DNA of 64,000 bases from assembly GCA_034185265.1 (NCBI GenBank), contig JAXFZD010000006.1, positions 6,638-70,637 on the forward strand. Reading direction: 5' to 3'. The DNA comes from Bacilli bacterium (GTDB taxonomy: Bacteria; Bacillota_I; Bacilli_A; RFN20; CAG-826). Every line of letters starts with the position of its first letter. Positions within the stretch are counted from its first letter, which is position 1. Below, piece after piece: positions 28,174 through 36,734 of this stretch. The translations under genes were made by a program, and so were the position numbers. The notes below the pieces were generated by a model that worked only from the letters and a program-made list of their open reading frames with translations, was not told the DNA's origin and searched no databases.

Positions 28174-29799
28174 TTAGATAGTTATAGAAAGATGAGCACA
28201 TGTCTCTTCTAATTCATTTATTTGAATATAATTAGGGAATAATCCTTTGCAGTTAGGTTGATAATCATTAACGAATTGATTGTTAAATCTTTCAGTGAAG
28301 AAATCGATGTAATCATAATCATAGAACATAGATTCATTACTTGCTGAAATATAGGATTTAGCAAAATTTCTTCCTTGAGAATCTATAACTGTAATAAGCG
28401 AATATTGAGTCTCGTAAGCTCCACTATTTTTGGTATTTGAATGGGAAACATAATAGATTTGATCGCTACCACTTTCATAAGTTGCATACATTGGATAGCC
28501 TGCTTCATCATAAGTCATGAGGCGAGAATCTACGTGATATACTCTAATTCCAGAATTTGTCATAGCTTGAAGATATTTTTTGCTCTTATGAGAATCAGTT
28601 TCATTTAATCTAGTAGGAGAATAATATTCAAAAACAATGAATTCTCCAAAAGGATTTAAAGAAGGATAATCTTCTAAAGAAAGGAAGATAGCATCGCCAT
28701 TTTCTTGGAATAAATCTAATGTTATATCTTCTATATCATTAATGACTAACTTAGGATTAATCCAACCTAAAGCATATTTAGACCAAGGATTATGATCGAT
28801 TACGTTATTATCCATCATATCTATTCCTCCTAGTGGAGAAATATGTCCAGCATAAGAATAATAATCATCTAATCCTAACATATGCCCAGTTTCATGAATG
28901 ATTGTATGAGCGTCATGATATCCGCCATTAGGATCTTTTTGGAAATCTATTGATGCCCAAGCCATAGTATTTAATGCAGGTCTATCATGAGTTCCTACAT
29001 TTCCTAAATAAGTTGTAAAAGCCCAGAAGGCATCAGAAAGAGAAGTGTTATGAGAATAATCTGGAGCACTATAAATAAACCAAACTGCATCAGCGCACCC
29101 ATCTCCATCAGAATCAAATTTATCCATTTCTCCTAAATGTGCAGAAGAATATAAATTGAATAATCTTTGGCATAAATTAACTACACCCTGCGATGTTTTT
29201 ATGTTTGATGTAGCCATTTCAGCAGAATAAATATCAGCTACTTCAAAGTTAAAATTAAGTTTTCCATAGCTAGAAAGTTCATAGTATTTTCTTAAAGAGT
29301 AGAAATAATCTAGTTGTTCTGCGTTAAAGACTTCTTCTAGATGACTATACTTGTCTTTTAATTTAGAGAATGGATAATCGGTGAATTCAACAGGGATAAC
29401 TAAAACATTAATATCACCTAAAGAAGGACAGACATGCATTCCTTGAGGATCGAGAATGTCTTTCATAACGACATCGTTATTCATTTCTATATAAGCAGGT
29501 TCAGGTTCTTCGCTACCTGTTTCACTAATAGAAGATTCTTCACTACTTTCTTCACTCTCACTGCTTATTTTAGATTCACTTTCTTCGCTAGAAAAAATAG
29601 ATTCTGAAGACTCTTCTTCGCTAGAAAATATACTCTCACTAGACTTACTTTCTTCACTAGAAATAGACTCTTCAGAAGAAGAAATTTCACTAATTGAGGA
29701 GGTTTCTGCGGGTTTTTCGCTAGAAAACTCAGGATTTTTATTTCCTGAGCAGCTTGCGATAAAAACTAAGGAAAGTAAAAGCAAAGACGTTCTTTTCAT
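28174..29799 (-). CDS. zinc-metalloprotease lipoprotein (HExxH; InhA/M6-like), paralogue B
   Basis: 541 aa. Signal peptide plus lipobox FIASC. Long SSEES tandem linker. Identical HETGHMLGLDDYYSY motif, and colinear with paralogue A. Confidence 0.7.
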   Translation of the reverse strand: MKRTSLLLLSLVFIASCSGNKNPEFSSEKPAETSSISEISSSEESISSEESKSSESIFSSEEESSESIFSSEESESKISSESEESSEESSISETGSEEPEPAYIEMNNDVVMKDILDPQGMHVCPSLGDINVLVIPVEFTDYPFSKLKDKYSHLEEVFNAEQLDYFYSLRKYYELSSYGKLNFNFEVADIYSAEMATSNIKTSQGVVNLCQRLFNLYSSAHLGEMDKFDSDGDGCADAVWFIYSAPDYSHNTSLSDAFWAFTTYLGNVGTHDRPALNTMAWASIDFQKDPNGGYHDAHTIIHETGHMLGLDDYYSYAGHISPLGGIDMMDNNVIDHNPWSKYALGWINPKLVINDIEDITLDLFQENGDAIFLSLEDYPSLNPFGEFIVFEYYSPTRLNETDSHKSKKYLQAMTNSGIRVYHVDSRLMTYDEAGYPMYATYESGSDQIYYVSHSNTKNSGAYETQYSLITVIDSQGRNFAKSYISASNESMFYDYDYIDFFTERFNNQFVNDYQPNCKGLFPNYIQINELEETCAHLSITI

Positions 29800-29800
29800 T

Positions 29801-30508
29801 TTATTTTCCTAAAACCTTATCAGATTTATTTTGCATGTGTTCGAGATTAAGTGGATCTGGGTCAAAATCCTTTTGGAAGTTGATTGCTGTAATTAAACAA
29901 GATAAAAGATACATAAGTCTAGTGCAGCAAACTCCGCCCCAATAAACGATATCGCCTTGATTAGAATGGAAATCTAATAAGTTATATGAAGATACTGAAC
30001 CAAATAAAGCTAGAACTAAGCCAACAATCCAGAAGGCAAAATATCCTCTTCTGCAGTCTCCATCTAATGCTTTAAGTGGATAATAAATAGCCATAGCAGA
30101 GAAACAAATTGCAGCGCCAATATTAAAATAAGCTCCTGAAATCTGTAATCCACCTTTTTGGAAACAGCAAATACTTCTAATAATATAGAAAGCAATTAAG
30201 ACAAAATTAGTAAGTTCAACTAAAAGAATATGAGATGCTTTGTTTCTTATAATTAAGTCTATAGCTAAAAGTAAATATAAACCTAACGCAACAATTCCAA
30301 AAGTAAATATCATTCTATTAGAGAATGTTCCAATGAAGAAATAAGGATCTTGAGCAACAATCATCGCATGTTTCTTGGTCATTTTTTCAGGTAAGAAAGA
30401 TAAAGGATCAGAGAAAGCTAAAATTCCCATGATTAAGAAAGCGACTAAGACTCCTGCTGCAAGGAAAGCTAAAATAGCAAATACATCAATTTTAAATTTC
30501 TTTTTCAT
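29801..30508 (-). CDS. integral membrane protein, unknown function
   Basis: 235 aa, about 6 TM helices. Separated by 2 nt from metalloprotease B and 3 nt from oppF. Confidence 0.5.
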   Translation of the reverse strand: MKKKFKIDVFAILAFLAAGVLVAFLIMGILAFSDPLSFLPEKMTKKHAMIVAQDPYFFIGTFSNRMIFTFGIVALGLYLLLAIDLIIRNKASHILLVELTNFVLIAFYIIRSICCFQKGGLQISGAYFNIGAAICFSAMAIYYPLKALDGDCRRGYFAFWIVGLVLALFGSVSSYNLLDFHSNQGDIVYWGGVCCTRLMYLLSCLITAINFQKDFDPDPLNLEHMQNKSDKVLGK

Positions 30509-30510
30509 AC

Positions 30511-31728
30511 TTATTTAGCCTCCTTTCTTAACTCTTTTTGGAATATAGCAAATTCTTCATCGTTGCAAAGAACAAAATGTCCTTTAGAAACTTCTCTAAA
30601 TGATGGCTTATTTACACTATAATCATGATCTGTTACGGGATTATAAACTTTTCTAATTCTTTCTTTTTCTGAAAGTGGATCTGGCTTAGGAATTGCAGAA
30701 AGAAGAGCTTGAGTATATGGATGGAATGGATGCTTAAATAGTTCTTCACTAGTTGCAAGTTCAACCATATTTCCAAAATACATAACTGCAATTCTATCGC
30801 AGAAATATTTAACTACTGATAAATCGTGAGCAATGAAGATTAAAGTTAAGTTCATATCTTGCTTAATATCGTTAAGAAGATTAAGAACTTGAGCTCTAAT
30901 AGAGACATCTAGAGCAGAAATAGGTTCATCACAAATCAAAATCTTTGGATTCATGATTAAAGCTCTAGCAATACCAATTCTTTGTCTTTGTCCACCAGAG
31001 AATTCATGAGGATATCTAGAAGCATATTCTGGGATTAATCCAACTTTCTTTAAAGCAGCTTCAACTGTTGCTCTATTTTCTCTTCTATTATATTTCCCTT
31101 GGATATGAAGACCTTCAGTAATGATGTCTTCAACCGTCATTCTTGGGTCTAAAGAGTCGATTGGATCTTGGAAAATCATTTGAATTTCATTTCTAAGTTT
31201 CTTTGGACAAGAATGAGAATCTTTTCTAATTGTCTTAATTTTCTTTCTTTGTAAAGCAATCCAATCAGCTTCACGTTTCTTTTCTGCCTCGATTAAATCT
31301 AAATAATGTTGTTTAATATTTTCTTCTTGGCCATCATAAGGTTCTTGAAGAGCTTTTTTCATTTCTTCTTCAAGTTCTCTAATTTTTTCTCTTGAATGTA
31401 TGCAACTCCACTTTATTTCTTTCTCATTCCATCTAGTTCCGCCGGCAATTCTATATCCTTTATAATAGATAGAACCTGAAGTTAATGGATATAAACCCAT
31501 GATACATCTACCTGTTGTAGTTTTTCCGCATCCAGATTCTCCGACAATTCCAAAGCATTCTCCTTGGGATACATCAAAGGATACATCATGAACTGCTTTA
31601 GTCTTATATGGTCCTGAACCGAAGAATTGCTTTAAATGTCTAACTGAAAGGACGATGTTATTTTTGACTAATTCAGGGTCGTAAGTTAGTTTATATTGTT
31701 TATTTTCTTTACTAGCCATTCTTAACAC
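30511..31728 (-). CDS. oppF: oligopeptide ABC transporter ATP-binding protein OppF
   Basis: 405 aa. Walker A GESGCGKTT, signature FSGGQRQR, Walker B ILICDEP. Mollicutes-type insertion between the Q-loop and the signature. Confidence 0.85.
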   Translation of the reverse strand: MLRMASKENKQYKLTYDPELVKNNIVLSVRHLKQFFGSGPYKTKAVHDVSFDVSQGECFGIVGESGCGKTTTGRCIMGLYPLTSGSIYYKGYRIAGGTRWNEKEIKWSCIHSREKIRELEEEMKKALQEPYDGQEENIKQHYLDLIEAEKKREADWIALQRKKIKTIRKDSHSCPKKLRNEIQMIFQDPIDSLDPRMTVEDIITEGLHIQGKYNRRENRATVEAALKKVGLIPEYASRYPHEFSGGQRQRIGIARALIMNPKILICDEPISALDVSIRAQVLNLLNDIKQDMNLTLIFIAHDLSVVKYFCDRIAVMYFGNMVELATSEELFKHPFHPYTQALLSAIPKPDPLSEKERIRKVYNPVTDHDYSVNKPSFREVSKGHFVLCNDEEFAIFQKELRKEAK

Positions 31729-33223
31729 CTGCTTTCTTTAAAGAGGATTCTATACGAGTAGAGACAATTTTAGGCATTTCAACTTCTGGAGCTTGCTCAT
31801 CTAAAAGCCAAGTTGCAGCGTAATGAGTTGAAGAAAGTTCGAACATTGGAGGTTCTTTCTTAAAATCAATATTCATTGCATAAGAAGATCTAATTGCGAA
31901 AGCGTCTCCTTTAGGAGGATGAACCATATTAGGAGGAGTTCCTGGGATTGCGACAAGTTTTTCTTTGCTATCAATATCAGGAATTGAAGAAAGGAGCGCC
32001 CAGGTATATGGATGAGCTGGAGAATAGAAAACATCGCTAGCTGTACCATATTCAACGATTTTTCCTGCATACATAACCGCAACTCTATCAGCCATGTTTG
32101 CAACTACTCCTAAGTCATGAGTAATAAATATGACAGACATATGACGGTTTTTCTTTAATCTATTAATTAATTCTAGAATTTGAGCTTGGATTGTTACGTC
32201 AAGAGCTGTAGTAGGTTCGTCACAGATTAAAACATCTGGATTTGCTGTTAAAGCAATAGCGATAACAATTCTTTGTCTCATACCGCCAGAGAATTCAAAT
32301 GGATATTGTTTGAATCTTCTTTCTGGATCAGGGATACCGACTTCAGCCATGATTTGAAGAGCCTTTTTCTTGGCTTCTTTTCTAGAAACTCTGACTTCAG
32401 AGACGTATCTTCTTCTCTCTCTAATAAATTCAGTATAGAAAGCGTTGAAGGATTTATATTTAGTTTTAAGGATAGCTTTTCTCTTCTCTGCATGAACTTT
32501 TCTAAGTTCTTTTTTAACGCGTTTTACTTCTTTTCGAGCGGCTTTTGCGGAGATTTTGAGTTCTTTCTTATCTTCTTTGATGACAAGTTTAAGATTCTTT
32601 ACATCAGCTTTACAAGAGACTTTTGCCTTAACAATATTTTCTTTATGAACACTATCTTTATCTTTCTTGAAGGCTTTCTTTTCATCTTCAATTGTATCTT
32701 TTTTCTTTTGCTTAGCTAAAACAACTAAACGTTTATCATTTTTATATTTAATAAATTTATCGTTAGTTAAATCGTTATAGATCTTCTTTAATCTATTTCC
32801 GTTAATAATCATGACTTCGGTGATTTGTTTACCGATTTTCATGATTGGGTTTAAGGAAGAAAGAGGATCTTGGAAAATCATTCCAATCTTAGTTCCTCTA
32901 ATACGATGGAATTCTTCTTCAGAAACCTTGGTTAAATCTTCCCCTTCATAGACAACTTCACCAGAATCAATTCTTGCTGTTTTTGGGAGAATACCCATAA
33001 TTGTCTTGTTTGTAACGGATTTTCCTGAACCAGATTCACCTACAATACAAAGAGTTTCACCTTTATATAAATCAAAAGCGACTCCTCTAACAGCTTTTAC
33101 TCTACCGTGATCAGTCTTAAATGAGATAGAAAGATTTCTAACTGAAAGGACTACTTCTTTTTCTGGAGCCTTAGATCCTACTTCGAAAGGATAATTAATA
33201 GTATTAAGTTTCTTCTTAGCCAT
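31712..33223 (-). CDS. oppD: oligopeptide ABC transporter ATP-binding protein OppD (with lysine-rich insertion)
   Basis: 503 aa. Walker A GESGSGKSV, signature FSGGMRQR, Walker B LICDEPTTALD. About 170-aa K/E-rich insertion, as in mycoplasma OppD. Confidence 0.85.
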   Translation of the reverse strand: MAKKKLNTINYPFEVGSKAPEKEVVLSVRNLSISFKTDHGRVKAVRGVAFDLYKGETLCIVGESGSGKSVTNKTIMGILPKTARIDSGEVVYEGEDLTKVSEEEFHRIRGTKIGMIFQDPLSSLNPIMKIGKQITEVMIINGNRLKKIYNDLTNDKFIKYKNDKRLVVLAKQKKKDTIEDEKKAFKKDKDSVHKENIVKAKVSCKADVKNLKLVIKEDKKELKISAKAARKEVKRVKKELRKVHAEKRKAILKTKYKSFNAFYTEFIRERRRYVSEVRVSRKEAKKKALQIMAEVGIPDPERRFKQYPFEFSGGMRQRIVIAIALTANPDVLICDEPTTALDVTIQAQILELINRLKKNRHMSVIFITHDLGVVANMADRVAVMYAGKIVEYGTASDVFYSPAHPYTWALLSSIPDIDSKEKLVAIPGTPPNMVHPPKGDAFAIRSSYAMNIDFKKEPPMFELSSTHYAATWLLDEQAPEVEMPKIVSTRIESSLKKAGVKNG

Positions 33224-35451
33224 TATTCGTCACTTCCTTTCAAAGACGGGTTAAACGCATCTCTAAGTCCATTACCGAAGAGGTTAAAGGAAATCATAAT
33301 AAGCGCCATTATGATAGAAGCAGAGACAATTAAGAACGGATAATACTGGATATCACCTTGGACATTAGACATCGTAATACCAAATGACTGCGTATTTCCA
33401 AATGTAATTAAGTTAGGTAATAAGTAAGAGATATTTGCTTCAGTAAAGATAACTCCAGGAATCATTAAAACTGCGCTAGTTACGATAGTTCCAATACCAT
33501 TAGGTAAGATGTGACGGAAAATAAGTCTTCCATCAGATGCACCTAAAGTTCTCGAAGCTAAAACATATTCTCTTCCTTTATATCGGTAGAACTGCTCTCT
33601 TGTAATATTAGCTATACCCATCCATCCCGTTAGACATAGTGCCAGCAAGAACGTCCAGAAATTACTACCTAATAATAATATGATAAGCGTCATCATGACT
33701 ATCCACGGCATACCTCCAAGAATTTCGGTAATTCTTTCCATGACTAAATCTACCCATCCACCGAAATATCCAGAGATAGAACCCCAAATAATACCGATGA
33801 AGATATTAATTATGGATGCCATTAAGCCTAATCCTAATGAAGTAAGTAAGCCTGAGAAGACCATCTTAAAGAAGTCTCTACCATAGTGATCTGTACCAAA
33901 AATGAATTTAGGCATCTCACATTTAGCGATGTAACCTCTATAGTAATCATATCTATACCAAGATATATCTCCGACTACTTGCTTAGATTCAACATCATCA
34001 TAAGTTAAATAATATTCTTGAGCAGTTATAGCTCTAATTGGGCAATAAGCTTCTCCTTCTGCAGTAAGAGTAAATTCTCCAGGAACATTAATCTCTCCTT
34101 CATAAGGAACCCAGCTATTGCCTTGTTTTACATATTTCTTATTATCATAAGTTGTATATCCAAAATCGCCTTCTTTAGCTTTTCTTTTAAATTTAAGGCT
34201 GTTTAGATCTGCGAAATTATAAACTCTGATGTATGGTCTTCCCCAAGTATACGTCATCCATCCTTTTTCGGTGAAAGTATTAACTTCTTCTTCATGGAAA
34301 GTTTGATTATGTTGAATTCCATAAACATTTACATATGCGTCGTATCTGAATGAACCATATCTAACTTCAACGTTATAAACTTCCACGTCTGGAGAAGTTC
34401 CATCTTTTAAAACATATTTAAGTAATTCAGGATCTTTTGTATCTCTATAAGCTGTAACTGCCTTTACTCCACTATCAATATCTAATCCTTTTAACTTAGA
34501 AGCAGGTAATCCTCCTCCAGGTACAGAAGCCATTACATGTAAAGAAGAAATATATAATCCGTTAAGAGTTCCTTCAAGATCTCCTGCTCCTAAAACGGAA
34601 ATATTTAGGTAAGTTAGATAAGAAGAAGGTTCTCCAGCAGCAATATAAACTGCGGATTCTCTAACTAAATCATTAACGTCTGCTACACGTACAATTGATT
34701 CAGTAATTTCTTCTCCGTGGTTATTAGCAAGTTCAACTACATCATCAATTTTTCCATCAAAATCATAGTCATTTTCTAAGAAAAAGCTGTAAGTCAAGCC
34801 TGTTTCATTATTTTTCTCTTTCATTGCTTCTACATCGAAAACAACATTTAAAGAGACAATTTCATCAACTACAAATTCTCCTTGAGGAGAAACTATAGTT
34901 CCATCAACATCGATTGTTGGAGCGCTTAAAACAAAGTCTCCACCTCTACCATATTTCTTAACCATGTCGGTTAAATTAGATGTATATGTACTTCTAGCTG
35001 TAATTGGAGTAAGAAGAGCTTCTTCTCTATATCCACTATCTTCAGGAAGAGAATCATCTAATGGATTTAAAACTACGTTGCTTACGCTTTGAGTTCCATC
35101 CATAAATCCATTTGCATTATCAAACCATTTTGGAGGGAGATATCCAGCTCTCATGTTATTGGATGTAATATTATTTTTATCAGCAAATGGAACAATTATT
35201 GCCATTCCAATAAGAATTAAGAGGATAACGGTAGCAACAATTGAAGATTTATTCTTTCCAAATCTCTTAATAGCATCTTTAAAGAATGTAGTTGGTTTAT
35301 TTGTAAATTTCTGTTCAAAAACTCTGTTCTCCATCGGAACAAAGTCAAAATCGCCACCTTGTTGTTGGTTATTTTCGAGGGATTCGTTATCAAGTTGATT
35401 GTTCACGACGTTTTCCTCGTTTATATCCTTTTTCTTAAAGAACTTCTTCAT
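33223..35451 (-). CDS. oppC: oligopeptide ABC transporter permease OppC (giant form with large extracytoplasmic insertion)
   Basis: 742 aa. N-terminal TM, an extracellular domain of about 450 aa, then a C-terminal BPD_transp_1 permease core (TM helices, EAA-like loop). Confidence 0.8.
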   Translation of the reverse strand: MKKFFKKKDINEENVVNNQLDNESLENNQQQGGDFDFVPMENRVFEQKFTNKPTTFFKDAIKRFGKNKSSIVATVILLILIGMAIIVPFADKNNITSNNMRAGYLPPKWFDNANGFMDGTQSVSNVVLNPLDDSLPEDSGYREEALLTPITARSTYTSNLTDMVKKYGRGGDFVLSAPTIDVDGTIVSPQGEFVVDEIVSLNVVFDVEAMKEKNNETGLTYSFFLENDYDFDGKIDDVVELANNHGEEITESIVRVADVNDLVRESAVYIAAGEPSSYLTYLNISVLGAGDLEGTLNGLYISSLHVMASVPGGGLPASKLKGLDIDSGVKAVTAYRDTKDPELLKYVLKDGTSPDVEVYNVEVRYGSFRYDAYVNVYGIQHNQTFHEEEVNTFTEKGWMTYTWGRPYIRVYNFADLNSLKFKRKAKEGDFGYTTYDNKKYVKQGNSWVPYEGEINVPGEFTLTAEGEAYCPIRAITAQEYYLTYDDVESKQVVGDISWYRYDYYRGYIAKCEMPKFIFGTDHYGRDFFKMVFSGLLTSLGLGLMASIINIFIGIIWGSISGYFGGWVDLVMERITEILGGMPWIVMMTLIILLLGSNFWTFLLALCLTGWMGIANITREQFYRYKGREYVLASRTLGASDGRLIFRHILPNGIGTIVTSAVLMIPGVIFTEANISYLLPNLITFGNTQSFGITMSNVQGDIQYYPFLIVSASIIMALIMISFNLFGNGLRDAFNPSLKGSDE

Positions 35452-36509
35452 TATTTCTTTGCCCCCATTCTAATACGTGGATCGACAAATCCATAACTTA
35501 AGTCAATAATTAAAGTGGCAGCTAGTCCAATAAGAGTGTAAATCGCCATGTCAACCATGACAACCGACCAGTCTTTACCGTTAAGCGCCGTAACAAAAAT
35601 ATAACCTACACCAGGAATTCCATATAATTGCTCTAATACCATAGAGCCTGACAGGATACCTATAAATTCACCAATAATCATAGGAATAATAGGAACCATA
35701 GAATTTCTTAAAGCATGTCTAACTACAGATTGAGCTTTAGTTAATCCTTTAGTTCTAGCTAAAAGAAGGAATTCAGAAGACATAACTTCAGTTAATTCAG
35801 CTCTCGTATAACGTGTAAATCCTGCAATCGAGCCAAAACACAGCGCCGAAACAGGGATTATATATGCTTTAATTGCATAAACTGGATCTGCTACAGCTTG
35901 GGCATCCGTAGGCCAAGAGGTAGGTAAAATCCTGCTTGAATAGCCAAACCAAATAAGTAAGAAAGAGATCATTACAAACGATGGAACGGAGATAAATACC
36001 ATAATTACGGTAGAAATAACTGAGTCTACCCAGGTATTTTTCTTTAATGCAGCAAGTACACCAAGTCCAATTCCGGCTGGGACAGATATTAAAATAGAAA
36101 TAATATTTAATCTCATGGAGTATGGTAAATGTTCCATGATAATATCAATAGCTTGATGTCCGACTAAAACTTTAGTTGACTCACCCCAATCCCACTTTGT
36201 AAAGATATTTCCTAACCAAACAAAATATCTATGCATAACTGAATAAGGAGCATAATAGAAAGTTTGGCTACCTAAAGTAACTTGTTGTGTATATGAACCT
36301 GGATTAGTTCTAGCGATAGCTTCATCAACATGATAATAATAGCCTAGCTCGCATTGCTTATCCCAGAAGGCAACTAATTCTTGAGGCTTTTGTCCAATAA
36401 TTTCTATTGGAAGTAATTGACATAAAATGTAGGTAACAGAAAGAATTATGAAAGCAGTTAAAAAGATGAATAGAATTCTCTCGATGATGTACTTTGTGCT
36501 ACTTTTCAT
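35451..36509 (-). CDS. oppB: oligopeptide ABC transporter permease OppB
   Basis: 352 aa. 6-TM BPD permease with an EAA loop region RYTRAELTEVMSSEF..ARTKGL. Confidence 0.85.
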   Translation of the reverse strand: MKSSTKYIIERILFIFLTAFIILSVTYILCQLLPIEIIGQKPQELVAFWDKQCELGYYYHVDEAIARTNPGSYTQQVTLGSQTFYYAPYSVMHRYFVWLGNIFTKWDWGESTKVLVGHQAIDIIMEHLPYSMRLNIISILISVPAGIGLGVLAALKKNTWVDSVISTVIMVFISVPSFVMISFLLIWFGYSSRILPTSWPTDAQAVADPVYAIKAYIIPVSALCFGSIAGFTRYTRAELTEVMSSEFLLLARTKGLTKAQSVVRHALRNSMVPIIPMIIGEFIGILSGSMVLEQLYGIPGVGYIFVTALNGKDWSVVMVDMAIYTLIGLAATLIIDLSYGFVDPRIRMGAKK

Positions 36510-36687
36510 AATTTAAAAAACATTGTCCTATAACTTAGGTTTGTTTATTATCCCACATATTTTCTCTCGTTCAATAATTTTCTTCTTAAGAAGAAATATG
36601 AAAGAAGTTTGATTGTTAGCTTTTTGTCATTCAAAAACTTTAAAAAACCATAACATTTCAAGCAAAAAGCCCGCAAATCACGGATAG

Positions 36688-36718
36688 ATATAAAAAGTCG
36701 CCCATTTCAAGGCGACTA
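36688..36718 (-). terminator. rho-independent terminator/attenuator between oppA and oppB
   Basis: Minus-strand hairpin AGTCGCC-ttgaaatg-GGCGACT followed by a TTTTATAT run. It lies directly after the oppA stop, as expected for differential oppA expression. Confidence 0.5.
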
Positions 36719-36734
36719 ATTTGTTTGTTTAATT

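Noticed and set aside
32273-32719. Antisense ORFs inside oppD (32273..32719 +), inside the metalloprotease, oppA and lipoprotein genes (for example 38153..38368, 38525..38725, 39137..39334, 40174..40389, 40392..40613, 40414..40629, 43566..43838, 43630..44100), plus similar ORFs at 1410..1592, 2162..2398, 3851..4267, 8274..8459, 14341..14544, 15349..15546, 16932..17207, 17317..17595, 20416..20646, 23841..24098, 25067..25267, 31873..32103, 33680..33886, 34018..34206, 35153..35398, 41503..41688, 45833..46063, 47180..47377, 47835..48077, 53060..53281, 58028..58258, 58329..58520, 60078..60359
   Set aside because: All are embedded in, or antisense to, longer ORFs with clear homology-type motifs. 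They are leucine/lysine-rich translations of the purine-rich S/E linkers or of AT-rich DNA, and lack RBSs.
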